DNA of 63,994 nucleotides, the filler included, from Piptocephalis cylindrospora (taxonomy: Eukaryota): assembly GCA_003614145.1 (NCBI GenBank). It is 16 parts of 16 records of this genome, joined end to end, with 100 filler letters (N's around TTAATTAATTAA, not from the genome) between each part and the next. Parts side by side here need not be neighbours in the genome. Positions count along the whole stretch, not along the records: positions 12,276 to 16,261 come from KZ988586.1; positions 16,362 to 20,344 come from KZ988587.1; positions 20,445 to 24,421 come from KZ988588.1; 13 more parts are not named here. One strand, 5' to 3'. The translations under genes were made by a program, and so were the position numbers. The notes under the pieces were generated by a model, which searched no databases, had not been told where the DNA came from, and worked only from the letters and a program-made list of their open reading frames with translations. Of this stretch, positions 12,276 to 24,521 are shown one piece after another; the stretch's first letter is position 1, and each line of letters starts with the position of its first letter.

Positions 12276-13067
12276 GGTGAGGGAAAGAACGATAAAGTAC
12301 TCCTGTCGAATCCGATGGGCTTCATCCATTCGAGCAAACCGACGGGTTAGAAAAGGAAGTGGGAGGATGAGGTAGACGAGACCAGCCACCAGCCATACTA
12401 AATTAGCCCAATGGTCTAGACACTCGGCGACCCATAAGGTGGTTATATCCCCTCCCCCGTACAGGCTAAAAAAAGCAAGGACAATGAGATGTAGGGAAAA
12501 TACCCCGTATATCCACAGGGCAATACGATGGTCAGGGGATGCGATCAGTCGAGCCATTTGGGAGAAATTATGACTGGAGCCCCCTGATCCCGAGCCAGAG
12601 CCAGAACCAGAAACTTCACTAATCCCATTAGTATGATCAGTCTCGGCGGCACTAGGACAAATTGACGCGTTGTCATGGGACCTTGAGGAGAAAGAAAGGC
12701 CTAGGTAACGCTGGTGAGATTGGGATATACGAAATGTGTATACCCATCGCCCCGCCAGACCCAAGAACCAAAAGGGCACCCCAAGGCCCAGGAGCCATGA
12801 TTCGACTAGACATGGTACGCGCACTACTGTTGGATTGACGGCGAGTCGAAGGCACGCCCAGGCCCCGATCAACGCATTTCCCAAACTCATGATGACAGTG
12901 ACATGGGGACACCGGTGTCGAAGCGATGGCCGTTGACGCATGAGGATAAAGGCGACGAGGGGGATGGCAAGGAATAGGGAATGGCCTAGCATGGGTAGAA
13001 GAAGTCCCCCAAGTTGATCATCCAGGGTAGCGGTGGGAGCCATATAGGTCCCATCCGGATACTCCAT
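12276..13067 (-). CDS. Multi-pass membrane protein, likely fungal 7TM(-RGS) receptor-like, 3'-truncated
   Basis: At least five hydrophobic helices. RHRCP after TM1, VPCLVESW and DEAHRIRQE resemble GprK-type 7TM-RGS proteins (pattern recognition only). Confidence 0.55.
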
Positions 13068-14618
13068 GGGTTTTCAGAAAAGGTGAATGGAACACCTAGG
13101 AATTTCAGAAAAGGACCTGAATTTGAATTTGAAGAAGACGTGGAATGGTTGCTCAAACTTTGGCCAGCAAAGTCAGAGGTTTGATGGGGTGGGAGGTGTG
13201 GGTAGAAAGGAGGGTGTTGGGTGGAATAGGATAAGACAAAGGTGAAAGGTGAGTGGGAAGGATAGGTAGACAGTGGAAGAACAGGCCAGCCGGTCAGGAG
13301 AATCAAGAAAAAGGGAAAGGAAGGGAAGGGAAGAAGGAAAAGGGAGAGAAGAATCGGAGGAAGCAGGGCTTTCGCACTCTCATAGATAGAACAATTAATG
13401 CCCTTCCTTTCACAAGCGACCTTTAAACTAAAGATGCAACAAGTACTCGTCAGGCATTGACTGTGTCGATATGGCGGAGTACACAATCATTTGGCGATAA
13501 CTCCGATACTACTGGTCCTTTGTATTGGCCTAGCCTCTTTGCATCCTTGGCGGAGATGTCAGGCCCGACTGGGTTTATCCTCCGGTAATACGTAGCTTCC
13601 CATCTGCCTTTGTTCAAGCAATATTCCCCTGAATTGGCTTTCAAGCAGGTCAATAAATGATCTCTTCACTCTGCTTCGGCCCCAACTGGGCCTGTGGCAT
13701 TATTACATGATTTAATGAGAGGTCCTGTTCCATTCACCTGTATGTACCATCAGATTGATGAATCTGCACCGACATGTTTTTCGCTCTCATATCCTAAAGC
13801 AGATGAGATGAGCATGATCTGGGCTCGTTATGGAGAAAGGGTGAGTATCTCTCGACCTTCTACGGTGAACCCATGAGATACCGTAGAGATGAAGGCTCCT
13901 TCAGGGGATAGTCCCTATATCATCACATTATCGTCCCCTACAGCAATAGATCCTTTGACATCGATATTGAGTGACAATTCTTTACTTCACAGGGTCAACA
14001 AAAAAGAATGCTGTTATGATTTTCAAAGGTATTTAGATCAAAGTGGGCCCCTCTATTCAATCCAATGAAAATATGCCAACTGTTGCATATAGGAGTGCCA
14101 GAGGGGGGAAAGTACCATTTCTTCCCCAAAAACACCTCCCTTGCCCCAACTTTTTAAATGTGCGCTTGCCCATCTCTGCACACAAGTCATCCAGACCCCT
14201 GTCATCATGATCAGAAAATCAGGTATGAAGTCTTTCGCAGATCAAATGCACCTTTTAATCTCCTCCACACCATAGAGCCGCACGCCTCTTGACAGGTCCT
14301 CTTCCTTTTCTCCTTCTCTGTTCCCGCCATGTGACCATCCTGCACAATGTGCGGGACTGCCCTCTCTCACCCTGGCGGCCTTTGGGAATGTTGCGTGAGT
14401 CGGCACCCCGATGTTAGCCTATTGCACCGCTTCCCCATGACCTTTCCTCTTCGCACGGCCTGGGTGACTGGGAATGGTGGTGGGGGGTTGATTTAAGTAG
14501 ACTGAAAGGCCTTTTGTGATTATTGCCTTTCCTTCACTGTCTTTTCTACTTTCTCCTCTTTTTCCTACTCTTTCTTCCTTTGCCCTCTTTCTTTTTAATC
14601 CACATCAACCCTATATCA

Positions 14619-15914
14619 ATGATCATCCTCTCTTACCTGTCCACAGGTATAGCCTGGTCGCTTCTCTTATCCTTCCAGATGGTTAAAGGTGATCGACAGT
14701 CCATATTGGCTCTATCCACCGATTCTCGTGATACCCTTCAGCTCTCTGCTGTATATGAGCAACATATGTACCTGTCAAATTCTACAAACACCTCAGAAGG
14801 CCCTATCGATAATGAGTGCTTCTCTGGCCTAGGAAGAGAAGAAGACCTTATTCGTACGACGAGGATTACCCAGGCTGACACTGACATCCACGCATCTTCT
14901 AACAATCTTGCAATTTCTGCCTATCCTTTACGCGCCTTGGCCCGCCAGTATAAGGCTACTGCTCTCCAGACGCCTCCGAGGGCCGCTATCCTTGCCCTTG
15001 GCCGCATGGCTATGTACGCCTACCACAGGCCCCCAGATCCCATGCTCAATGAAACGGATCAGGGGAGGTGGGAAGAGCTGGATGGCTGGTCTAGGAATGC
15101 TTCATATGGCTGGATCTCCGAAGGTTTGCGCTCTCATCTCTTCCTTTCTCAGGCCCAGGACCTAGCAGTGCTGACCTTCAAGGGGACCAGCCTTCCTTTT
15201 GCCAAGGAAAAAGGAGATGACTGGCCCACTCATCGGAGTGATAAGTTCAATGACAATCTCATGTTTAGCTGTTGTTGTGGCATCCGTTCCGGTCGAACTT
15301 GCTCCTGCGACAAAGGCTCCCGGCAATGTGATTCCACCTGTTATCATCGAGCAAGCCACTATAAGAGTTCCTACTATGCTGCTGCAATGGTAAGTGCTTA
15401 GGAATGTGCTGATGTGGATGAAGATAATAACCATCCGAATTTATGCGTCATGATAGAGAATGTACGGACATGTCCAGGAAAAATACCCCAAAGCCATCAT
15501 CCTCCTTTCGGGCCATTCCTTGGGAGGATCTATCGCTGCACTGGTATCAGCTGCAACTAGGTCTCCCGCAGTGGCATTTGAAGCCCCAGGGGAGGCTCAG
15601 TTTGCCCGTCGACTAGGCCTCATCGGTGGGGTGGACGGAAAACCTCGACAGGCTATTCCAGTCTGGCACATTGGTCATACAGCCGACCCCATTTACACAG
15701 GAACTTGGTAAGAGCCTTTCGGTGCACGGGCATAGCTAGGGAATTTTCCCATCTGGTCTTAAAAAATACCTCTCCATCCGTCACCAGCACGGGGATCAAT
15801 AGTCTATGCAGATGGTTCGGGTATGCCATGCAAACCCGATGTCATCTGGGCCGACAATGTATTTTTGACACGGTTGGTGGTCTGGGATGGTTACCGCATG
15901 TCAAGTACCATCGA
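14619..15914 (+). CDS. ATG15: Atg15-like class 3 lipase (exons 14619..15389, 15457..15707, 15788..~15914), C-terminus cut at a junction
   Basis: N-terminal hydrophobic segment, KGTS, DKFNDNLMFSCCC, GHSLGG nucleophile elbow, AFEAPGE, HIGHTADPIYTGTC and TRCHLG; introns are phase-compatible. Confidence 0.88.
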
Positions 15915-15916
15915 CA

Positions 15917-16222
15917 GCCTATTTGGTCATGCGACACGGCCTTCCTTCCATGCGTCAAAGAGAGGATGGAAAAGGGGACATTGGCTGCTATTACTGCAAC
16001 GATGTGGTGGCTCCTACCGATGTAAGGCTTGGTTTGAATCAGACAATTAGGAAAATTACTGGCTGTGTACTATGATTCATTATTTTCTTCTACTCTCGTC
16101 TCCCAGTCACTGAGGAACCGTACCTTGGACCAGCAATGCACGGTAACGCGTCCTGGGCTGGCAGCATTGGCTGGAGCATGTGCTGTTGAGCTTCTCGTTT
16201 CCCTATTGCACCATCCTCTCGG
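15917..16222 (+). CDS. ATG7: Atg7 E1-like enzyme, internal fragment (exons 15917..16021, 16107..16222)
   Basis: [38 protein letters not shown] (catalytic Cys) and [18 protein letters not shown]...CAG intron. Confidence 0.92.
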
Positions 16223-16383
16223 GTATGCCTTGAATAAAGGAGGCAGAGTGGGAGTCACACANNNNNNNNNNNNNNNNNNNNNNNNNNNNNNNNNNNNNNN
16301 NNNNNTTAATTAATTAANNNNNNNNNNNNNNNNNNNNNNNNNNNNNNNNNNNNNNNNNNNNTATCCCTATTGTCCTGCACTAG

Positions 16384-16836
16384 CCACCGACACAGGGAAT
16401 GGCCACGGCAAGAATGTCGGCGCTGCTCACGTACAGATCGTACCGGTCGGTAGAGGACAGATTCCAGAGGAAAAGACAAACAAATCACCAAGATCTCTTT
16501 TCAATTCAATCGTACTTGGAGTACCAAGGGGATAAGTTCTTGAGACGATTTGACGCAAATTGCTACGTAAGCCTCACCCGCAAGTTGGATACGCATGATA
16601 TCGCGCGGGACCGAATAGGAACGTACGAGTCGATCCTCGGATCCATCTCATGTCCGACCCTAGTCATTGGCATTCCCTCGGATGTGATCTTTCCCCTCTC
16701 CGAGCAAGAATCCCTCGCCCAACTCTTGCCCAATGCTACTCTAAAGCTGGTTGAATCCACCGATGGTCACGATGGGTTCTTTATCGAAGATACCCAGGTC
16801 AACGACATCATCCAGTCCTTCTTATCGAATCACTAG
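16384..16836 (+). CDS. MET2: Homoserine O-acetyltransferase, C-terminal exon
   Basis: GMATARMSALLTYRS, SYLEYQGDKFLRRFDANCY, IGIPSDVIFP and DGHDGF (catalytic Asp/His). Confidence 0.92.
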   Translation, partial: PPTQGMATARMSALLTYRSYRSVEDRFQRKRQTNHQDLFSIQSYLEYQGDKFLRRFDANCYVSLTRKLDTHDIARDRIGTYESILGSISCPTLVIGIPSDVIFPLSEQESLAQLLPNATLKLVESTDGHDGFFIEDTQVNDIIQSFLSNH

Positions 16837-16995
16837 ACTCCTCTCCCCTTTGTATGACTGAAGAGTAAATGGATGCTTTGGGGATTTTTTTTCTTGCCCT
16901 TGCATCTCTAGACACTCAATGGGTTTCGTGGACATAATCGGCCACATCATTCTTGGTCAATATACCACTTCATCCCTGACAGCACATGTACTTTA

Positions 16996-17934
16996 TTACA
17001 ACACATCGGAAATGTCGACATTGGCTGCGGCAGCCTCTGCGCGCAGCTCACCCTCATATCTCTCCCAGTCTGCCAGCTCAGAGGCCAGGGTCATACAGGC
17101 TAGTTGCGTCTGGAGATTGGAGCTGATCAGGCCCTTCCATTGTTGATCGAGACTTTGGAGGGATTCACCCATTTCCAGCTAGAGTGGGGCATGGTGAGTC
17201 TGGTGGAAATTTCCGTACATGTCCAAAGAACCAACTTACCTGGTATCGCTTACGCTCTTTGTTGATTCGACCCAAGTCCTCCTTTTTGATGGTCTTGACC
17301 TCCCGTTCCATCCCTTTTACTCCCACATCCAGCTGGGATGTATGTCCCTTCCACATCATTGTCCCATACCGTTGCATCAACTCTAGATTACACATTCTGG
17401 AAAGAGGAGGGGCAGGGCGTGAGTGCGTTGGGTCGGGTGGACTGGGGCGTCCTGTCTACGCCCGGCCCTAGACTCACCGTAGCCGCTGATGCTCAAGCGT
17501 GGCCTTGGCCATGTCGACGGCTGATTCCCACTTTTCAGGCCCATCCTCCTTGCTGGGTTCGGCCAGGGTATATCGGGAAAAGTCCACTCCGGCATCAGTA
17601 TCGTTAGCCTTGACTGTCACGGTCCTTTCATACGCATCCTTCAAGAACGGGTTGGACTATGTTGGGGGGAGAGGCAAGGATAGTTCAGTGCATGGCCTCT
17701 TCCATAAGAGGGGATCTTAGAAAGAAAAAAAAAAGGGGGGGGGGGACTCACCTCAAAGAGCGAGATCGCCTTGGGCAATTCACTATCCGCGGTAGAGGGA
17801 GCCTTTTTCCGGGCAAGCTCCTCTTCAATCAGACCCTCGGCCAGATCCCTCATCCCCGGAGCATCCACCTCCTTGTCGACGTAGGGCAGGGCATCAAGAA
17901 TAATATCTTGGTTGTCTTTGAGGGCGTTCATCAT
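16996..17934 (-). CDS. SPF27: Pre-mRNA splicing factor SPF27/BCAS2, 4 exons
   Basis: LDALPYVDKE...LIEEEL, LEHQRLR|MCNLELMQRYG...W, INKERKRYQ and LDQQWKGLISSNLQTQLAC; stop at 16996..16998. Confidence 0.88.
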
Positions 17935-18187
17935 GCAAGAGACGGAGAGGTAGCGAGGAGAGGGAGGTCTGCAAGGTATACAGGATAACCATGATCCTTC
18001 ATGTAAGCAGGGCCAGTGTGAGGGAGCTGGCCCACATCGAAATAACATGAGCTGAATTTTAAATTCCGTGAAAAAAAGCAAATCGACCTGTTTACTGGAC
18101 CATCCATCAACTCTCCGGTCCTTGGCTGGATCCCACCTTGACCTTGACTCTGCTTTTATCTTCATCCCCCCAACATCCCCCTCCGTG

Positions 18188-18422
18188 ATGGCCAAGCGCG
18201 CTAAAGCAAGGTAAGTGTCCATCCCTTTTCTCCCCTCCCTAAACTTTGTTCCCCTACTCATACCCCTTGTGTAGAATTATCCTCGTCAAGATGGTCAGTA
18301 CCGCCGGGACTGGGTACTTCTTTCCCCGGGCCAAACCTAGACTTGCCCCCAAGCTCGCCATGATGAAGCACGACCCCAAGGTCAACAAACATGTCCTGTT
18401 CACTGAGGAAAAGATGAAGTAG
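18188..18422 (+). CDS. MRPL39: Mitochondrial ribosomal protein bL33m (exons 18188..18210, 18275..18422); absent from the ORF track
   Basis: The spliced product is MAKRAKARIILVKMVSTAGTGYFFPRAKPRLAPKLAMMKHDPKVNKHVLFTEEKMK*, with L33 signatures STAGTG and K-x-DP-x-V-x-KHVLF-x-E. Confidence 0.92.
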
Positions 18423-18735
18423 ACTTTACCCCAATCAATATACATATGGACGACGCGTCCTTTCTGGAAGCCCTTTTTTGTATCATTGAGGGCTGGAGAA
18501 GGCGCACTTCTTGATCATCAACATCTGATTCTAATTTGAATGGATGGCGTGCCAAAGGGGTCTAAGAATGTAACTCCACAGAAACAACAATCAGGATAAC
18601 GGAAAGCATGTATATCCTCTTTCTCTCTCTCTCTCTCTTTCCAAGCCCATTAAAACACACATGGGACCCCATCCTGTCGTACAAAGACCTGTACTACTTC
18701 AATTCACCTTCTTCTCCTCCTCCCCCTCACTCCAA

Positions 18736-20235
18736 TTAAAATTCAGCCCAGTCATCCTTATCCCAATCATCTCCCTCTCCGCTCTTGGACTTGCTTCTTC
18801 GGCTCCGAGGGCCAACGGATCTGACACTGCCACCACCGCTCCCTGACCCGGAGGGTCCAGAGAGGGAGCCTGAACGACTGGAGGAGGAGGTACCGGAGAA
18901 GGCGCCCTTGGGATCACGGGCAGCGGCCTCGGCCTCGGCGTCAAAAAAGTCGGGTTCCTCCGGGGGGAACTCATCGGCATGGGATTCAGGCTGGTTTTCG
19001 GGGGAAAGGGATGTGTACCTGCCTCCATTGGACCCGGACCCGGAGAGCCCGGTGTACTCGGAGTGGTGTATGGCGTTTTGGACCATGGTCATGCCCCGAT
19101 GGCTGGTGTCGGCGACCTGGGTACCCATGTCCCGGACAAACCCGCGGAATCGATCGTGGAACTCGGGATCCGACACGGCCTCCCGGGTAGGGTTGATAAC
19201 ATTCGTGTTGAGCTCACCCGCAGCATACTTTGCCCCCTCAGCCACATGTCCAAGGACGGTGGAGGCAGTGGAGGAGAAGAGGGACCAGCCCTTGGAGAGG
19301 GAGGCCAGGGGATCATTGGCCAGTTCCTCTGCGGAAAAGCCACCTCCAGAGCCTCGGGAGGAAGTGCTGCCGGCCCCAGCGGAGGATTGATTCTCAAAGG
19401 CTGGGTTGCCCATGCCCACGTACCGTCCACCCTGGTTGGGGGGTAGATCTGCGGACCTCTTTGAGTTCTCATTGCCCAGGGAGGCAAAGTAATCTTCATT
19501 CTTGCTCCTCTGGCTCCCCTCTCCGGATGCACTGGCGGGTGGGGAGGAGGAGGAGGGGGAGGAGGAAGCGGAGGAGGTGGAGGAGGCAGAGGAGGAAGTG
19601 GCTATCAAGGGGGTGCTGGTCATGCTACGTCTAGTGTGGGGGGAGGCCGGGGAGGGAGAATGGGATCTGGCTTGCTTAATGGCCGACATGGATCGAGTAA
19701 CCTTGGTGTTGGCGGTCGCGGACGTAGGCGTCCAAGCCCTACCCTCACACTCTGCCTTGAGCTAGGGGGGGGAGGGGGTGTGTGCAGGATAGAGTGAGTT
19801 AGTGACCGTGTTGTTGTTATTGCTATTATTATTGCTGTTGTTCTTGGTAGAGACACGGGAATGATCCTCCGGACCCAGCCAGACCAGACCTACCTTTTCT
19901 CGATACTGCTCAGCAAAGGCAGAGGTGTACTTGTCCTTGATGGACATATTAGGGGAGTAATCGGGCTGGGATTGGAAAAACTCCAGAGCCTTGACATTCC
20001 CACCCAGTTGCATACGCTTGACCTGGTCCTCGGTCCACCGATCCATGGTGACGGACCGGACAAAACTGACGTGGACGCCCAGAGATCGGTGTTCCCCAGA
20101 GCAGGTGATGCAGAAGAAAATGCCCAGGTTGACCGAGGCCCACTGGGGACCGTGGGTGTCACAGTCTATGCAACGGTTGTTTCCATCCTTTTTCTGCAGT
20201 TCGGATAGGATCTTCTTATGTTCTGCGCTTGCCAT
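18736..20235 (-). CDS. GCS1: ARF GTPase-activating protein (Gcs1/ArfGAP1 type), 2 exons
   Basis: CIDC-x16-CITC zinc finger and [17 protein letters not shown], followed by [25 protein letters not shown] and an acidic W-rich tail. Confidence 0.93.
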
Positions 20236-20444
20236 GGACTGAGAGCAGGGTTGAGAGAGGGATGGAAAGGAGGGGGGGTGAGTGGAGAGAAGGGGGGAGG
20301 AGGAAGAAAGGAGAGGGAGGGAGGGGAGGAAGCTTACGATGAGANNNNNNNNNNNNNNNNNNNNNNNNNNNNNNNNNNNNNNNNNNNNTTAATTAATTAA
20401 NNNNNNNNNNNNNNNNNNNNNNNNNNNNNNNNNNNNNNNNNNNN

Positions 20445-21272
20445 CGAGACAATGACAAATCGGATCCTTATGGTAAGTAGAACTATAGGGAAAAAGGAGA
20501 GAGATGATGAGGGAATCATGTACATTATCATTCTCACACCTCGAAACACATAGCCATCCCTTGTGATATGGAATGTGAACGCCGAGCTAGGAATCTCAAG
20601 GTGGCCACGGCTCTGGATCTCCCGGGGCCTGATGAGGTTGAATCACGGGATCCGAGAAAGGGTCTGGAAAAAGAGCTGTTCATCGGGTTCCGTGGCCCAC
20701 ATGCACATATCCTACGCAAGACTGAGGCCCAAATCCGCGCCTTTCTTCAGCCTGATCCTTCCGCCTTTACCTCATCTGTCCTGAATCTCTCGCCGATGCG
20801 TGCGCCCGTCCGACAACTCATCCACCTCATGGCCCCCTGGTATGGCTTATTCTCTGAATCGGTCGATCCCGAACCCCGGAGAAGTGTAAGGCTACTGAGG
20901 ACCCAGGCCAGTCCTGGGGAAAACGAGCTTCCGGATCTACTATCCAACATGGACTTGGCCATTGATGTGGGGACGGATGAGGAGGAAGATGCAGAGGGGG
21001 AGAGGGATGAGGATACGAGGGTAGGGCCAGCCTCATCCTCCAATGGGACTACCATGATCCCCAAGCAGGAAGTAGAGGAGGGATGGAAGAGAGTTGGTAA
21101 GCCTTTATCCACTACTACCCTTTCCAATTTAAAGGAGACGGAAGGTGCTTCGAAGCAAAAGCCCATTCCCACCTCGGGATTCGCTTCCCTTCCCTCCTCC
21201 GTAAGTGAAGTCGTGGACGATTGGACCGAGTTGCTGCAAAGCTCTGAGGATGAGGATGAAGAAGATGACTAG
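20445..21272 (+). CDS. NF-X1/FAP1-like protein, C-terminal part with R3H domain
   Basis: PCDMECERRARNLKVATAL, then the R3H-like PMRAPVRQLIHLMAPWYGLFSESVDPEPRRSV. Confidence 0.75.
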
Positions 21273-21567
21273 AAAGATCATCCGACAAAGCTGTGTGGGA
21301 TTTTGCAATCTCATACATTACTTACTTTTTTGAATGTTAAACCTTTCACCGGTATTCATGGCTATCTCACATTTAACGTGTATTTCTTGATAATTGGGTG
21401 ATGGGGGAGGAAGGGTAATCAAACGGAGTTATTTATGGTAGCGGTCGATTTGCACATGAGTGTTCATATCTTCCCAGGTGGTTCTCATCATCGCTCCTTC
21501 GTGTCCCCCCCTACCCGCGCCCTCCTACCTCTAGAGTCTCTCATCCCTCTTTCACGTAGCAATTCAC

Positions 21568-23136
21568 ATGTCTATACCCGATAAGCAAGCCACCTGGAAG
21601 GACAAGGCGTGTGGCTTCCTGGCCGGAATAACCTCGGGCGCCACCAAACTCTCAGTTGGTCATCCCTTTGACACTATCAAGATTCGCATGCAAATCGAGG
21701 GAGGAAAGGGACGGTTCAAGGGGCCTTGGGACTGCCTCTTACAGACCATCCGAAAGGTACAGCAAAAGGGACTAGAGCGTGCTGGGTCAACGTGTCAACT
21801 GATGGTACATTATCCCTACCCAGGAGGGCTATCGTGGCTTATACAAAGGTAAATTAGGAGGATTAGGAGATATCCTTATATCATGATTCATTCCCCACCA
21901 TCCTCCAAAATCCAGGTGCCACTCCTCCTTTGATCGGATGGGCCTTTATGGATTCAATCATGTACGTTGAGATCGAGAGAAAGAAGAATCGGACCAAATT
22001 GACACATCCTTTCTTAGGCTAGGATCATTAACCAACTATCGAATCCTCCTTCAGGGAGGAGATCTGAACCGAAAGTTGAATCTCTGGGAACACGGGATAG
22101 CCGGCATGGGTAAATTTTGCCCTGTTGCAACATCCTCCGTCATCTCCTCTCTGATTATATCATTCCCCCTCTCCCCGATTGTAGCGGCGGGATGGACCGT
22201 GTCCTTGGTAGCTACGCCCGTAGAATTGGTCAAGGCTCGACTTCAAGTGCAGTACGACGCCCAATCCCGTACCTATACCGGTCCTATTGATTGTGCTCAG
22301 AAATTGGTGAGGATACAATCCCCCTTTCTCCTCATTCTGCCGCTGTCTTATTCTTATCTCTTCATGTTCCTCTTAGGTCCAAAGACATGGCTTTTTCCCT
22401 GGATTATGGAAGGGTTTTGGGCTCACCTTAGCCTTTCGATCCTTTTTTGGAGTATACTGGTCAAGTTATGAGGTAAGGCATCGACGAGAGAAGTATGAGC
22501 GATTGAGTGCCTGATTGCCACTTTTCACTTTGACCAACCACTCTCTCATCATGTATTCCTTTAGTGGTTCAGTACTCAATTGCGTGGAATGGGATACCGG
22601 GAAATGGCGGTCAACTTTCTGGCGGGCGGGCTGGCAGCCCAAACCTTTTGGTGCTTCAATTTTCCCGTTGGTAAGTCCAATTGCTCCTTTAGGCATCACG
22701 TATCCTTAATAATCCGCCCATTGATCCCCCCTCTTCCTGGAACTCATGATGATAGATGTCGTGAAGAATCGGTGGATGACTCAACCAGATGTCCAGCCTC
22801 CCCGATGGACAAAGTACTCCCAGTGTGCTCGTTTTGTCTATGACACGGGTAAGGCCAGAGCAGGGGGATCAAATGAGGAAAATCCATATCTCTCTCATGC
22901 TATTATACACCATCCTTGGCCATTTAGAGGGCATTCGTGGCTTTTACCGAGGTAAGCAAAGACGGCTTCGGTCATGGTCTATCTCTTCTCTTCTCCATGC
23001 TTCCTCTAACTCCTCATCCTTTACTTTTATAGGCTTTCTTCCCTCCTTCATAAGATCCTTCCCTACCAATGCATGCGCCCTCATGGTTTTCGAAGGCGTC
23101 ATGCGTACTTTACGACCTTCCAGTGAAAAATTATAA
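21568..23136 (+). CDS. Mitochondrial carrier (SLC25; amino-acid/carnitine carrier-like), 10 exons
   Basis: Three Px[DE]xxKxR motifs (PFDTIKIR, PVELVKAR, PVDVVKNR) and RSFPTNA; nine GT-AG introns can be placed in frame. Confidence 0.92.
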
Positions 23137-23264
23137 AGCAGAGGCCAGGAAAGCAGGACGGAAACTGGAAAGAAATCAATGAAATACATACTGGGACGGC
23201 TATCAGTACACAACTCTACCATCATCGTCGCCTGGAACTTCACCCCACTCATTTTTAGAGAGCA

Positions 23265-24421
23265 TCAAACATGCTCCTCCGCTCGATCTGCCTCAGTTAC
23301 CACGGTAAACAACGGATCCTCCACATCACTGGTATCACCTCCGAGTTCATCCTCATCAAGAGAGGGTGTAGTGCTCACAGTCGCCAATCGTTCCCTCCAC
23401 AAACCACGGGCTACCCATTCCCGCTCAAGCCGAAAGTACACCCAAACCCACCGGCGGAAGATCTCTAGAGCTTCCATAATAAAGCCTCCCGCGGTCAGCT
23501 GGTCCAGCCGGAGATGGGGGGAGAGCTTCAAGCTCCACGTGAGTCGGAGGAGGAGGTCAAAGAGAACGGCTGCGTAATAAATCATCGGTTCCCGAAAGTG
23601 AAGATTGGGTCGGAGAAGCTGATCATGCACAGATGGGGCCCTTGGTCTGCGCACCCCATCCCTGATCACGGAAGAAGAAGGCGAGGCGAATATGGGTGCG
23701 GGGGTAGGGGAAGCAGAAAAGGATAGGGCCCAATCCACCTTTACATCCCACCAAAAGGAGTAGACACTATTGATGGCCACAAACACAAACCTGATGTGGA
23801 GATAATGTAAGATGCCATGATGAGCAAAGGGTCAGAGCAAAAATCAGCCTTACCATAAGAAGATTAAGGTATCGGTGGGGATAAAATATTCAGTAACCTG
23901 ATCATCGTTCCCCTCCTCCTTCATAGCAGACCCAGAGACATGCTGAGTATTTCGGAGATGCTGGGCAGCAGAGAGAAAGATGACGGGAAAGGCCGAGGCA
24001 TACTTGACAGCATTGGCCAGGTGTCTGGATCTGGCTGTAGGATCATTCGTCTGAGAATATTCCGCCAAGCATTGCCTTAGCCGGAATCCATAGGGCAATC
24101 TACAAAACAGGTCGAAAGGGTATGGGGTGAGGTGAATAGACCGGAGAAGGTAGCCATGTAATATAGCAACACACACATCCCCCTTCAGCCCTTACGCAGT
24201 CAGGATGGGACCAAAGAGATTGTTGGCACAGGTGCCCAGATCTCCAAGGACATCGCCGGGGGATGAGAGGCCTGAAGAGGATAGAAAAAAGATATGGCAC
24301 ACCGTGACAGCGAGGTCTCCAAAGACTTTGGCAAAGGATGTAAGGATATCGGCGGTAAGGACGTCGGACAGGGCTACGGCTGATCGGAGGCCTCCAAACG
24401 TAACCCGTCGTAGGGTTCGGA
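23265..24421 (-). CDS. ERD1: EXS-domain membrane protein (Erd1-like), 5'-truncated
   Basis: ADILTSFAKV, RLRQCL, HLANAVKYASAFPVI, NSVYSFWWDV, LLLRLTWSLKLS and LEIFRRWVWVYFRLEREW. Confidence 0.85.
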
Positions 24422-24521
24422 NNNNNNNNNNNNNNNNNNNNNNNNNNNNNNNNNNNNNNNNNNNNTTAATTAATTAANNNNNNNNNNNNNNNNNNNNNNN
24501 NNNNNNNNNNNNNNNNNNNNN

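Noticed and set aside
22695..22715. GTATCCTTAAT as a U12-type splice signal
   Set aside because: It lies inside an intron that already has an in-frame GTAAGT donor and AG acceptor.
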